From an uncultured Lachnospiraceae bacterium (lineage in GTDB: Bacteria; Bacillota; Clostridia; Lachnospirales; Lachnospiraceae), in NCBI GenBank assembly GCA_900318375.1, contig ONKG01000006.1, positions 311 through 64,310 of the forward strand: DNA of 64,000 nt, read 5' to 3'. Positions within the stretch are counted from its first letter, which is position 1. Every line of letters starts with the position of its first letter. A program made the position numbers and the translations under genes. Below the pieces are notes generated by a model. The model saw only the letters and a list, made by a program, of their open reading frames with translations, did not search any database and had not been told where the DNA came from. Below are positions 18,354-29,210 of the stretch, piece after piece.

Positions 18354-20144
18354 TCACATCCTTGCGGGGGCTGAGAAGCCCAGGACGTTGATGCAGCAGG
18401 AAAGAACGCGTTCTGTCAGGTGCAGAAGCGCGATCCAGGACTCTTTCTGTTCCCGGTCCTCTTCAGTGAGGATCCTGGTGGAATGGTAGAAGGAGTTGAA
18501 ATCGTTGGAAAGCTGGTAAATGTATGCGCAGATTCTGTGGGGAGCACAGTCTGCGAAGGCGCCTTCCATCATGGCATTGAAACCTGCGATATCCATCATG
18601 AGTTTCTTTTCCACGGCGCCGGCAGGCTCGCCTGCTGTGAGCAGAGCGGGATCTTTGGCACCCGGCTCTTCTGCGTAGCGCTGCAGGATGGAGCGCATGC
18701 GGACGATCGTGTACAGGATATAAGGGCCGGTATCTCCTTCGAAGGAGGTAAATTTTTCAATGTCAAAAATATAGTCCTTTGAGGCCTGGTTGGACAGGTC
18801 GCCGTATTTGAGGGCTGCAAGTGCCACCTGGCGGGAAGTCTTTTCGGCTTCGTCGGCAGGGATATCGGGGTTGGTGCTGATCTTGGAGAGCATCTCGGCG
18901 TCGATGTCGGAGATGAGGGTCTCCAGGCGCATGACACCTCCCTCACGGGTCTTGAAGGGCCTGCCGTCCTTGCCGTTCATGGTGCCGAAACCGATGTGGA
19001 TCAGCTCTGTGTCAGGACCGATGAGACCGGCTTTCCGGGCCGCGCGGAAGACCTGCGTGAAGTGCAGTTCCTGGCGCTTGTCGGTAATATAGATGATCTT
19101 ATCAGGATTGTATTTTTCAACACGCTCCTTGATGGTCGCCAGGTCGGTCGTCGTATAGAGAGAGGCGCCGTCGGACTTGAGTACGATGCAGGGAGGGATC
19201 TCCTTGGAGTCGGTCTCTTCCGCGACATCGATGACCAGCGCGCCCTGGCTCTCGTAGGCATAGCCGCCCTTTTTCATATCCTCGACCATGCCGGGGATCA
19301 CGGGGTGTACACTGGCTTCACCGTTCCAGAGGTCAAAGGAGACATCGAGATTTTCATAGTTGCGCTTCATATCGGCGACAGAAACCCCTACGATTTTCTG
19401 CCAGAGGGCGTAGAGACCGCGCTCTCCGTCCTGCAGGCGGCGGGTATTGTCCATTGCCTCTGCATAATAAGCGGGATCCTTTTTGGATTTGGCACTGGCA
19501 AAGGGATAGATCTCTTCAAGCTCAGAAACAGTAAAAGGAGCTTCCCCGGGATAATCGCCTGCATATTCCGGATCAAAATAAGGCAATTCGGGCATTCGCT
19601 TTTTGAGCTCCGTGATCACCAGGCCCATCTGCAGACCCCAGTCGCCCAGGTGGATATCGCCGATGACATCCTCGCCGTGAAAACGGGCGATCCTTTTGAC
19701 TGCCTCGCCGATGACCGCGCTTCTGAGATGTCCCACATGCAGAGGCTTGGCCACATTGGGGCCGCCATAGTCGATGATAATCTTCGAGGCTTTTTCCGGA
19801 AGAGGCATGCCAAGACGGTCATCCCCGCTCATCTGCTGCAGATAGGACTGCAGAAAGCTATCCCTCACATCCAGGTTCAGGAAACCCGGCTTTACAACTT
19901 CAGCCCTGGAGAAGACTGCAGACCCTGTGCCGTCATTTTTTGCGGAAAGTGCCTTTACCACATCATCCGCAATCATGAAGGGAGCTTTGCGGTAGCGCTT
20001 TGCACCTGCCATAGCACCGTTGCACTGATATTCGCAGAGGTCGGGGCGGTTCGATACCGTAACCCTGCCCAATGCACTGTCATATCCCGCCGCCTCAAAG
20101 GCGGATTCCATCTCTTTTGAAATCAGATTCAGAAACTGCTCCAA
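18354..20144 (-). CDS. argS: Arginine--tRNA ligase
   Basis: DYGGPNVAKPLHVGHLRS, HLGDWG, FKTREG, FEGDTGPYILY, C-terminal PARM; TTG start. Confidence 0.96.
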   Translation of the reverse strand: MEQFLNLISKEMESAFEAAGYDSALGRVTVSNRPDLCEYQCNGAMAGAKRYRKAPFMIADDVVKALSAKNDGTGSAVFSRAEVVKPGFLNLDVRDSFLQSYLQQMSGDDRLGMPLPEKASKIIIDYGGPNVAKPLHVGHLRSAVIGEAVKRIARFHGEDVIGDIHLGDWGLQMGLVITELKKRMPELPYFDPEYAGDYPGEAPFTVSELEEIYPFASAKSKKDPAYYAEAMDNTRRLQDGERGLYALWQKIVGVSVADMKRNYENLDVSFDLWNGEASVHPVIPGMVEDMKKGGYAYESQGALVIDVAEETDSKEIPPCIVLKSDGASLYTTTDLATIKERVEKYNPDKIIYITDKRQELHFTQVFRAARKAGLIGPDTELIHIGFGTMNGKDGRPFKTREGGVMRLETLISDIDAEMLSKISTNPDIPADEAEKTSRQVALAALKYGDLSNQASKDYIFDIEKFTSFEGDTGPYILYTIVRMRSILQRYAEEPGAKDPALLTAGEPAGAVEKKLMMDIAGFNAMMEGAFADCAPHRICAYIYQLSNDFNSFYHSTRILTEEDREQKESWIALLHLTERVLSCCINVLGFSAPARM

Positions 20145-20262
20145 TTTTTCCCCTTTCTGTCAGTCGAATCAGCGGCCGCTCTCAAAGCAGCTGCCGGAAG
20201 AAAGTTTTCTGTTTTTTACGTCAATTTCACAATCATTGCAAAATCCTTGGATTTTGTCAAGG

Positions 20263-20949
20263 TTATTCGGGGGAAACGCCGCCCCGGCCCTGTGAAAACA
20301 CACAGCCGCAGTAATTCTGGCGGTAGAGTCCGAAATCCCCGGAGAGCTCGATCGACCGCTTGTAGCCGTCCTTTTTCTTAAAATCGGAGGGAAGCCAGGT
20401 CACGCCGTATTCTTCCGCCATACGCAGCCCGATGGCATTGAGACGCTGCGCATCCTTGAGCGGGCTGATCGTGAGCGTGGTGGTAAAATAGTCAAATCCG
20501 CCTGCCGCGGCTTCTTCCGCTGTCCTGCGAAGACGTATCTCAAAACATACGGTGCACCTCTCTCCGCCCTCGGGACAATCCTCAAGTCCCTCGACGGCGC
20601 CAAACCATCTGTCCGGATCATAGGGTGCCTCCAGAATATCGATCTTCTTAGCCCGGGAAGTCGAGTGCATCCCCGCAAAGTCCTGCTCTTCCACCTGCCG
20701 GTTATAAGCCGCGATCAGCCTCTTTTCCTCTGCCAGCCGCTTCTCATACTCCTCTGAGACTGTAATATTGGGATTGTAATAAAAAACAGTCAGCGCAAAG
20801 TGCTCCCGGAGATATTCCATACAGTGGCTTGAGCAGGGCGCGCAGCAGCTGTGCAGCAGAAGGCGGGGCGCAGCTTTCCCGTCCTGCTCCCTTTCGATCC
20901 TGTCAATGATATTCTGCGTCTGTCTGCTGTAATTGATCTTGTTTTCCAC
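20263..20949 (-). CDS. queH: Epoxyqueuosine reductase QueH (DUF208)
   Basis: LLLHSCCAPCS, YYNPNI, EGGERCTVCF, TTTLTISP, YRQNYCGCVFS. Confidence 0.92.
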   Translation of the reverse strand: MENKINYSRQTQNIIDRIEREQDGKAAPRLLLHSCCAPCSSHCMEYLREHFALTVFYYNPNITVSEEYEKRLAEEKRLIAAYNRQVEEQDFAGMHSTSRAKKIDILEAPYDPDRWFGAVEGLEDCPEGGERCTVCFEIRLRRTAEEAAAGGFDYFTTTLTISPLKDAQRLNAIGLRMAEEYGVTWLPSDFKKKDGYKRSIELSGDFGLYRQNYCGCVFSQGRGGVSPE

Positions 20950-21065
20950 TTATCTTTTCACCTCTGTGATGAGTCCTTACACGCATGTCCGCACACCGGA
21001 ACATACCTTTTTCGAGCCAAGCGGATTCGGGTCTGACGCAATAAGCCCTGTCTCCTTTTAGACCA

Positions 21066-21172
21066 GGGCAGAGGCGGCCCTGCCCCCTCTGCCCCTCTGC
21101 CCTCCCGCCGGCAGCCGTCGGCCGTCAGGCGAAAAAAGCCTTGCAGCGGCCCTGCGATAAAAAAGCCGGGAC
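21066..21172. repeat. Dispersed GC-rich intergenic element, copy 2
   Basis: Aligns by eye with 3178-3286 in the same orientation. Confidence 0.7.
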
Positions 21173-21307
21173 AATGCACGGCACTGCCTCAGCTTTTTTA
21201 TATACCTGTTTTATTGGGGCTGCTGTTCAGCCGCCCTGCTTTCGAACAGAGGTCATCCATCTGTCGTTTCAATTCTCTGCCGGACGCAGTTTCTTAAACG
21301 CAGTTTC

Positions 21308-24300
21308 TTATTTGAAGTACTTCACGCCGGCCTCGAAGAGACGCATGTTCTGGTCGCCCTCGATGTTAAGGTTGATGAAGCGGCCGCTGCGCTCGCAGTG
21401 GACCATCTTGCCGAAGACACGGCCGTCGGGGGATGTGATACCCTCGATCGCGGCGTAGGAGCCGTTGATGTTCCACTCTTCATCCATGGAGACATTGCCG
21501 TCCGGATCGCAGTAACGGGTCGCGATCTGACCGTTTTCCTCCAGTTTTCTGATCCACTCGGCCGGGGCGACGAAACGTCCCTCACCGTGGGAAGCGGGAT
21601 TCACATAGACACCGCCGGGCTCCGCGAGCGCGAGCCAGGGGCTCTTGTTGGAAGTCACCTTGGTGTAAGCCATTTTGGAGATATGGCGGCCGATAGTATT
21701 GTAAGTCAGGGTCGGGGACTGCTCGTCCTGTCCGGTGATCTTTCCCTGAGGGACCAGGCCGAGCTTGATCAGAGCCTGGAAACCGTTGCAGATACCCAGC
21801 GCAAGACCGTCGCGCCTGTCCAGAAGGTCGGTGACCGCCTCCTCGATGACCGCGTTGCGGAAGGCTGTCGCGAAGAACTTGGCACTGCCGTCCGGCTCAT
21901 CGCCCGCGGAGAATCCGCCGGGGAACATGATGATCTGTGCCTGCGCGATCGCTTCGGCAAAGGCGGCCGCGGAATCACGGATGTTCTCGGGTGTCATATT
22001 GGTAAAGACGCGGGTAATGGTCCTGGCGCCCGCCGCGGTAAAGGCGGCTGCTGTATCGTATTCGCAGTTTGTACCGGGGAAGACCGGGATAAAGACGGTC
22101 GGCTGGCCGATCTTATGTGTGCAGACAGCAATCTGTCCGCCGGTATAGATCGGTGCCGCAACAGGCGAGGTATCCTTTTCGGCCTTTGTGGGGAAGACTT
22201 TCTCCAGCGGCTTCTTCCATGCGGCAAGCATCTCGTCCACGGAGATCTTTTCACTGCCGAAGGAAAAGACGGCATTGTCTTTCTCAGTCACTGTTCCGAT
22301 GACCCGCCAGTCAAATTCCTCCACATCGGAGAGAGAATCCAGGTCGTCGGGAGACATCTCTACCAGAATATCTCCCATGGCGTTTTTGTATAGCTCTTTC
22401 AGACGGAGCTTCTCGACGAAAGTAACACCGTAACCGTTGCCGAAAGCCATCTTGGCAGCTGCCGGCAGGATGCCGTAGCAGTCAAGGGCATAGGCTGCAC
22501 AGATCTTTCCTTCACGCATCAGAGTCGTGACAAGATCATACATCTTCATGACATCGTCGTAGACCGGGATGTCAAACTCATCTTTCTCGATCCGGAGCTG
22601 GACGAGGACATCTCCCGCCCTCTTGAGCTCGGGAGTCACGATATCCTGCGCCTTGGCAACGTCGACCGCAAAGGAGACAAGGGTAGGCGGAACATCGATG
22701 TCGAGACCTTCCTCCCGGAAGGTTCCGGACATGGAATCCTTGCCGCCGATACTGGCAAGGCCATAGCCGATCTGCGCGTCATAAGCGCCCAGCAGGGCGG
22801 ACAGAGGCTGGCTCCATCTCTCGGGCTCCTGCGACATGCGGCCGAAATACTCCTGGAAGGTGAAGTGAAGCTTTCTGTAGTCTCCGCCCTCTGCCACGAT
22901 CCTGGACATGGACTCGGTGACAGCGTAGATCGCGCCGTGATACGGGCTCCAGGAAGACAGATAGGGATCGAAACCATAACTCATCATGGAGACTGTATCT
23001 GTAGTGCCGCCGAGAACAGGCAGGCGGGCAGTCATTGCCTGGGTAGGAGTCAGCTGATAACGGCCTCCATACGGCATTGTGACTGTTGCTGCCCCGATAC
23101 TGGCGTCAAACATCTCGACGAGGCCCTTCTGGGAGCAGACATTGAGGTCTGAGACCGAAGCCTTCACAGTGTCGGCAAAGGAAGGTGTCTCCTGCTTCAG
23201 GGCTTCCGCGACCTTGCCGGAAGCGATTTTTTTGAAATAGTTGTCCTGTTCGGAGGGCATCAGGACCTTTACATCGGTCTCCTGGTGCGCGCCGTTGGTA
23301 TCAAGGAAGGAACGGGCAATATCGACAATGGCCTTTCCTCTCCATTTAAGAACAAGCCTGGGCTCCTCTGTTACACGGGCAAGTGGGGTCGCCTCCAGAT
23401 TCTCCTGGGCAGCATACTTGAGGAACTCGTCCTGATCTTGGGGCGCGACGACAACAGCCATGCGCTCCTGGGATTCGGAAATGGCGAGCTCTGTGCCGTC
23501 GAGGCCTTCATATTTCTTCGGGACCAGATCAAGGTTGACCTCAAGACCGTCGGCGAGCTCTCCGATCGCAACGGAGACTCCGCCCGCGCCGAAGTCATTG
23601 CACTTTTTGATGAGGCGGGAAACCTCGGGACGGCGGAAAAGACGCTGAAGCTTACGCTCTGTGGGAGCATTGCCCTTCTGCACTTCCGCGCCGCAGGTAG
23701 TCAGAGACTCCTGGGTGTGGGCCTTGGAGGATCCCGTAGCGCCGCCGATGCCGTCGCGTCCGGTGCGTCCGCCCAGCAGGATGATGACATCGCCGGGGTC
23801 GGAATTGAGACGCTGCACATTCTCACGCGCAGCAGCGCCCATGACCGCGCCGATCTCCATGCGCTTGGCAAGATAACCGGGATGATATATTTCGGAGACA
23901 TGACCGGTGGCAAGACCGATCTGGTTGCCGTAGCTCGAATATCCGTCCGCAGCGCCGATGACCAGCTTTTTCTGGGGAAGCTTGCCGCGGATGGTCTGTG
24001 ACACGGGAACGGTGGGATCTGCAGCACCGGTCACGCGCATAGCCTGATAGACATAGCCGCGTCCGGAGAGAGGATCACGGATCGCGCCGCCCAGACAGGT
24101 CGCCGCGCCGCCGAAAGGCTCGATCTCAGTGGGATGGTTATGGGTCTCGTTTTTAAAGAAAACCAGCCACTCCTCGGTCTCGGGGCCCCTGCCGTAGTCC
24201 ACTTCGATCGGGACCACGATCGAGCAGGCGTTGTTTTCATCGGACACTTCCATGTCGGTGAGCTTTCCGTCTGCCTTGAGCTTCTTCATGCCCATAATGG

Positions 24301-25135
24301 CCAGATCCATCAGACAGACAGGCTTGTCGCTGCGGCCGGCATACAGCTCACCGCGGGTATCGGAATAGCTCTGCCAGGTTGTCTCGATGGGTGTGCGGAA
24401 ATAGCCGTCTTCAAACTCAATATTTTTGAGTTCTGTGGAGAAAGTGGTGTGACGGCAGTGATCCGACCAATAGGTGTCCAGCACCCGGATCTCGGTGATG
24501 GTGGGATCGCGGTGCTCTGTGTCACGGAAATAGGTCTGGATAAACCGGAAATCCGCCCAGGTCATGGCAAGGCCGAGAGAGGAATACAGCTCCTGCAATG
24601 CGGCAGGGTCCATGCCGGTAAAGCCGTCAAAGACCTGCACATCATCGGGTTCAGGATATTCCGTGTGAAGAGTCGCGGGCTTGTCCATACCGGTCTCGCG
24701 GGAATCCACAGGGTTGATGCAGTAGGCTTTGACACTGTCCACATCCTCTTTTGTGAGGTCTCCGGTCAGCAGGTAGGTGACCGCAGTGCGCACCACGGGC
24801 TTCTCTTCTTCATTGAGGAACTGCAGGCACTGCTCAGCGCTGTCCGCGCGCTGGTCAAACTGACCCGGCAGGGCCTCGACGGAAAACACGCTCGTCCCCT
24901 CGGGAATCTCAATCGTTTCTTTATATAACACATCCACGGGCGGCTCGGAAAAAACAGTGCGGCATCCCTTCTCAAAGGTCTCATCCGAGATGTTCTCTAC
25001 ATCATACCGGATCAGGATGCGGACTCCCCTGATTTTCTCGATTCCTAAAAAGCCTTCAATGTCCTCCTTCAACTGCCTTGCCGCGACGGCAAATGGCTCT
25101 TTCTTTTCGACGTATACGCGTCTGACACCGCTCAT
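21308..25135 (-). CDS. purL: Phosphoribosylformylglycinamidine synthase (fused synthetase plus glutaminase)
   Basis: DTYWSDHCRH, KNETHNHPTEIEPFGGA, FPGTNCE, GICNGFQ, SHGEGRF; start moved to ATG 25135 (MSGVRRVYVEK). Confidence 0.96.
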   Translation of the reverse strand: MSGVRRVYVEKKEPFAVAARQLKEDIEGFLGIEKIRGVRILIRYDVENISDETFEKGCRTVFSEPPVDVLYKETIEIPEGTSVFSVEALPGQFDQRADSAEQCLQFLNEEEKPVVRTAVTYLLTGDLTKEDVDSVKAYCINPVDSRETGMDKPATLHTEYPEPDDVQVFDGFTGMDPAALQELYSSLGLAMTWADFRFIQTYFRDTEHRDPTITEIRVLDTYWSDHCRHTTFSTELKNIEFEDGYFRTPIETTWQSYSDTRGELYAGRSDKPVCLMDLAIMGMKKLKADGKLTDMEVSDENNACSIVVPIEVDYGRGPETEEWLVFFKNETHNHPTEIEPFGGAATCLGGAIRDPLSGRGYVYQAMRVTGAADPTVPVSQTIRGKLPQKKLVIGAADGYSSYGNQIGLATGHVSEIYHPGYLAKRMEIGAVMGAAARENVQRLNSDPGDVIILLGGRTGRDGIGGATGSSKAHTQESLTTCGAEVQKGNAPTERKLQRLFRRPEVSRLIKKCNDFGAGGVSVAIGELADGLEVNLDLVPKKYEGLDGTELAISESQERMAVVVAPQDQDEFLKYAAQENLEATPLARVTEEPRLVLKWRGKAIVDIARSFLDTNGAHQETDVKVLMPSEQDNYFKKIASGKVAEALKQETPSFADTVKASVSDLNVCSQKGLVEMFDASIGAATVTMPYGGRYQLTPTQAMTARLPVLGGTTDTVSMMSYGFDPYLSSWSPYHGAIYAVTESMSRIVAEGGDYRKLHFTFQEYFGRMSQEPERWSQPLSALLGAYDAQIGYGLASIGGKDSMSGTFREEGLDIDVPPTLVSFAVDVAKAQDIVTPELKRAGDVLVQLRIEKDEFDIPVYDDVMKMYDLVTTLMREGKICAAYALDCYGILPAAAKMAFGNGYGVTFVEKLRLKELYKNAMGDILVEMSPDDLDSLSDVEEFDWRVIGTVTEKDNAVFSFGSEKISVDEMLAAWKKPLEKVFPTKAEKDTSPVAAPIYTGGQIAVCTHKIGQPTVFIPVFPGTNCEYDTAAAFTAAGARTITRVFTNMTPENIRDSAAAFAEAIAQAQIIMFPGGFSAGDEPDGSAKFFATAFRNAVIEEAVTDLLDRRDGLALGICNGFQALIKLGLVPQGKITGQDEQSPTLTYNTIGRHISKMAYTKVTSNKSPWLALAEPGGVYVNPASHGEGRFVAPAEWIRKLEENGQIATRYCDPDGNVSMDEEWNINGSYAAIEGITSPDGRVFGKMVHCERSGRFINLNIEGDQNMRLFEAGVKYFK

Positions 25136-25926
25136 TCTTCTCTCTCTTTCCGGAGCACTGCATGCGGTCAGGAACGCCAGGCGGACTGCGTGACTTTCAT
25201 ATGTCTTTCGGCAGTTCTCTGTTTGAAGAAACGTTCCGGATGGTTTGTGCTGCTCCGTCACAAACCCTGGATTGAAAGAGCCGCCTGCCGGGGCTCTTTC
25301 CGGGTGCATATTTCCCGTTTTCGCGGGAATCTTTCCGCTTCCTTTATTGCTGCTTCTGTTTTGTTTGTATGATCCCTGAAAAAATGAACGAATCTTCCGA
25401 TAAACGGAACGTCATAAATCATTCATTTCCGTCACATTATAGCATAGGTTTTAAAAAAGTACAGAAATGTTCCCGCTTTACATGTTAAAATATTGTAAAA
25501 GCTCCCGGGACAGTAGACAACCTATAGAAATTCCGGAGGCTTTTTGTGCTTTATGAGCGGAAAGGCGGCGCAAAGCAGCTTTGGCTCAAGTTCTGAACGG
25601 GTCAAATCTGAAAGCCCTTTTTGCAGACATAAAGCCTGTCACTTATCCACCGCACCTGGTGAGCTGTCTGTCCGGCCGGATTGGGGCGGCAGGACAAAGC
25701 CGGCCGCGTGCACATTCTGTACTGTTTCCTTGCATGCACTTTCATTCATTTTGTCTGTTGGGTGATGGAATGACAGAAAGCACATGCAAAACGTATCATT
25801 GACACTGCACTGCAGCAGGTCTCTTTGTCTAATGGGTGGGACAAATCCGACCATATGCTTATGCAGCAGAAAGTGTGACGCAAAGATCGCGGCACACACC
25901 ACAGAAAAAGAAAGGAAGGTAATGGG

Positions 25927-27912
25927 TTGAGCGCACTTACTATCATCGCACCCGTTTTCGGAGTGCTGGCACTTTTGTTCGCATTCTACCTCGTAAGTAA
26001 GGTCAAACGCCAGGATGAAGGCACCGACCGCATGAGGGAAATCGCAGCATTCATCCATGAAGGGGCACGTGCATTCCTTATGGCTGAATACAAAATTCTC
26101 GTTTTCTTTGTAGTCATTTTATTCGTCCTGATCGGCCTGGGCATCAGCTGGCTGACAGCCTACAGCTTCCTGATCGGTGCGGTCTTTTCCACAGCAGCCG
26201 GTTTCATCGGCATGAATGTGGCGACAAGGGCAAATGTCCGCACTGCCGCCGCAGCCAAGGACCGCGGCATGAACGCCGCCCTCTCCGTCGCCTTCTCCGG
26301 CGGCGCAGTCATGGGCATGAGTGTCGTCGGTTTCGGCCTGGTCGGCGCGGGTATGATCTATTTCGTCACCGGAAATCCCGATATTCTCTCCGGATTCTCC
26401 CTGGGAGCTTCCTCGATCGCGCTGTTCGCGCGTGTCGGCGGCGGTATCTACACCAAGGCTGCCGACGTCGGTGCCGACCTTGTCGGTAAAGTCGAGGCAG
26501 GTATTCCCGAGGATGACCCCCGTAATCCCGCTGTTATCGCCGACAACGTCGGTGACAACGTCGGTGATGTCGCAGGCATGGGCGCGGACCTCTTTGAATC
26601 CTATGTGGGCTCCATCGTGTCTGCCATCACTCTGGGTGTCGTCTACCATGAATTGAACGGAGCAATTTTCCCCCTGCTCATCGCGGCACTTGGAATCGCC
26701 GCTTCCATTCTGGGATGCTTCTTCGTCAAGGGCGATGAAAATTCCAACCCTCACAAGGCACTGAAGGCCGGCAGCTATTCCGCCGCCGTCATCGTGGTCA
26801 TCGGCTCCCTTGCAATGAGTCTGTATTTCTTCCATTCCATCCGCGAAGCTTTTGCCATCATCTTCGGACTTGTGGTCGGCCTCATCATCGGTATCGTGAC
26901 CGAAATCTACACCTCCGGTGACTACCGCTTCGTCAAAAAGATCGCGCAGCAGTCCGAGACCGGCCCCGCGACCACCGTCATCAGCGGTATCGCAGTCGGT
27001 ATGCAGTCCACAGCCATTCCGATCGTACTGATCTGCATCGGCATCATCGGCGCATATCTCTCCTGCCGGCTCTACGGCATCGCCCTTGCAGCGGTCGGCA
27101 TGCTCTCCACAACAGGCATCACGGTCGCGGTCGACGCCTACGGCCCCATCGCCGACAACGCCGGCGGTATCGCGGAAATGTCGCATCTGCCCTCCCGTGT
27201 CCGCAAGATCACTGATCGTCTGGACGCTGTAGGCAACACGACCGCAGCAATGGGCAAGGGCTTCGCCATCGGTTCCGCAGCCCTCACGGCTCTGGCCCTG
27301 TTCGTCTCCTACGCGCAGTCGGTCAAGCTCTTTGAGAGCGGCATCAACCTGCTCGATTACAAGGTCATCGTAGGCCTCTTCCTGGGCGGCATGCTGCCCT
27401 TCCTCTTCTCTGCTCTGACCATGGACTCTGTCTCCAAGGCAGCCTACAAGATGATCGAGGAAGTCCGCCGCCAGTTCCGCTCCATCCCCGGCATCCTTGA
27501 AGGAACCGGAAAACCTGATTATACGTCCTGTGTGGCAATCTCCACGCAGGCGGCTCTTCACGAGATGCTGGTTCCCGGCGTTATGGCGGTTGTCTGCCCT
27601 CTGCTGGTCGGCATCGTTCTGGGCCCCACAGCCCTGGGCGGCCTGCTCGCAGGAGCACTCATCACCGGCGTCATGCTTGCCATCTTCATGTCCAACTCGG
27701 GCGGCGCCTGGGATAACGCCAAAAAGTACGTCGAAGAAGGTCATAACGGCGGCAAGGGCAGTGAAACACACCATGCAACAGTCGTCGGCGACACCGTGGG
27801 TGACCCCTTCAAGGATACATCCGGTCCCTCCATCAATATCCTGATCAAACTCATGACAGTTGTCGCGCTTGTATTCGCGCCTGTATTTCTGAAAATCGGC
27901 GGTCTGTTCTAA
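25927..27912 (+). CDS. hppA: Membrane-bound ion-translocating pyrophosphatase, K+-dependent type (likely Na+-pumping)
   Basis: [39 protein letters not shown]; GNTTAA (Ala, not Lys) marks K+ dependence. Confidence 0.93.
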   Translation: MSALTIIAPVFGVLALLFAFYLVSKVKRQDEGTDRMREIAAFIHEGARAFLMAEYKILVFFVVILFVLIGLGISWLTAYSFLIGAVFSTAAGFIGMNVATRANVRTAAAAKDRGMNAALSVAFSGGAVMGMSVVGFGLVGAGMIYFVTGNPDILSGFSLGASSIALFARVGGGIYTKAADVGADLVGKVEAGIPEDDPRNPAVIADNVGDNVGDVAGMGADLFESYVGSIVSAITLGVVYHELNGAIFPLLIAALGIAASILGCFFVKGDENSNPHKALKAGSYSAAVIVVIGSLAMSLYFFHSIREAFAIIFGLVVGLIIGIVTEIYTSGDYRFVKKIAQQSETGPATTVISGIAVGMQSTAIPIVLICIGIIGAYLSCRLYGIALAAVGMLSTTGITVAVDAYGPIADNAGGIAEMSHLPSRVRKITDRLDAVGNTTAAMGKGFAIGSAALTALALFVSYAQSVKLFESGINLLDYKVIVGLFLGGMLPFLFSALTMDSVSKAAYKMIEEVRRQFRSIPGILEGTGKPDYTSCVAISTQAALHEMLVPGVMAVVCPLLVGIVLGPTALGGLLAGALITGVMLAIFMSNSGGAWDNAKKYVEEGHNGGKGSETHHATVVGDTVGDPFKDTSGPSINILIKLMTVVALVFAPVFLKIGGLF

Positions 27913-28062
27913 GGACAAGGGAAACTGCTCATTCCATGTGTTATAATAAATATCGGCAGCGGGATCCTGTATTTTCCGCATGTTTGCGGCTGCATTTTCA
28001 GGCATTCGCATCTGCATGATCCCGCGCCCGTTTACACCGCTCAGAGAAAAGGAGATCCTATC

Positions 28063-29055
28063 ATGCAAAACAATATGGAATTGATTCCCGAGTTCCAGAC
28101 TCTCGTTGACAAGGCAAAAGAGCGCAATGCCGGCAAGCCCATGCGCATGGCTATTGCCGGAGCAGACGCAGAGAACATCCTGCAGGGCGCCTTTATGGCG
28201 CAGGAGGCGGGATTCGCAGAACCCATCCTGATCGGAAATTACAAGAAAATCAATCAGACGCTGGAAAAGCTCGGTCTGACGGACCGCAAGTTTGACATTC
28301 AGCCGGTCAGCAATGACACGAACGTCGTACAGTACGCCATCGAGATGATCCAGGCAGGCAGCGCCGACGCCCTCATGCGCGGCAATACCCAGACCCGTGA
28401 CTTCCTGATGCCCGTTCTCAACAAGGTCAACCACCTGATCCGCCCGGACAGACTCCTGACTCATATCGTTATGATCAAGATCCCGACCTACCACAAGATG
28501 CTGGCCATCTCCGATGTCACTCTGCTGGTCAATCCCTCCATTGAGGAGCGCAAAAAGGTCATCGTAAACATGGTCGACGCTCTGCATGTCTTCGGTGTCA
28601 AAAATCCCAATATCGGCCTGCTCTCCCTCATCGAGAAACCCGCTTTCCACATGAAGGACACTGTCGAAGCACAGACCATTCTCATCGACCATCAGGATGA
28701 GCCCATCGCCGACTGCAACCTGGTGGGACCGATCACCTGGGATCTGATGCTCAACAAGGAGGCTGCCCGCCTCAAAGGCTATGACAATCCCGCCTGCGGC
28801 GAGTTTGACGGTGTTGTCGTCACCAATCTCATGACCGGCAACCTGATCGTCAAGGTTCTGGACACCAGCTGCGGTGCCTACAACTGCGGTATCCTCATCG
28901 GCGCCAATATCCCCGTCGCCATCACCGGCCGCAGCGAATCTGCCAAAGAAGCCTTCCTCTCCGTGGCGGCCTGCGCAGCTATGAACGCCTCCCCCAGACA
29001 TAAGATTTACTTCGGAGAGGATCATATTCAGGGCGGAATCGGCCTGGACCATTGA
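28063..29055 (+). CDS. Phosphate acyltransferase (Ptb/Pta family), divergent
   Basis: MAIAGA, PILIG, ADALMRG, VGPITWD, GNLIVK, GANIPVAITGRSES. Confidence 0.75.
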   Translation: MQNNMELIPEFQTLVDKAKERNAGKPMRMAIAGADAENILQGAFMAQEAGFAEPILIGNYKKINQTLEKLGLTDRKFDIQPVSNDTNVVQYAIEMIQAGSADALMRGNTQTRDFLMPVLNKVNHLIRPDRLLTHIVMIKIPTYHKMLAISDVTLLVNPSIEERKKVIVNMVDALHVFGVKNPNIGLLSLIEKPAFHMKDTVEAQTILIDHQDEPIADCNLVGPITWDLMLNKEAARLKGYDNPACGEFDGVVVTNLMTGNLIVKVLDTSCGAYNCGILIGANIPVAITGRSESAKEAFLSVAACAAMNASPRHKIYFGEDHIQGGIGLDH

Positions 29056-29154
29056 TGTTCCGCTGAAAAACCCCATGTTCCGCTCAAAAACTCTTCGAAG
29101 AGGATTTGTTCCCTCGAAAGTGTGTCGTAAAATCTGCTGCAGAACATGCAGCAG

Positions 29155-29194
29155 AAAAAGAACCTGCAGGCTGAAAAGCCGCAGGTTCTTTTTT
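29155..29194. terminator. Bidirectional intrinsic terminator
   Basis: AAAAAGAACCTGC-a-GGC...GCC-GCAGGTTCTTTTTT between convergent genes. Confidence 0.8.
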
Positions 29195-29210
29195 ATTCCA
29201 TTCTTTCCTT

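Noticed and set aside
25136-25309. N-terminal extensions given by the ORF track (purL; also TetR, yerC, csp, GT2, marR, smpB)
   Set aside because: Family homology and, where visible, RBS positions point to the downstream ATGs used in the feature list.
25758-25812. Fluoride riboswitch (GGTGATGG) upstream of the PPase
   Set aside because: The following nucleotides cannot form P1 and the 3' pseudoknot partner is not evident.
26119-29076. 985-aa minus-strand ORF spanning two genes
   Set aside because: It is the in-register antisense shadow of the PPase and Ptb-like genes. Biased codon use removes antisense stops, there are no recognisable motifs, and similar shadows occur over glnS, dapA, glmS and glmM.
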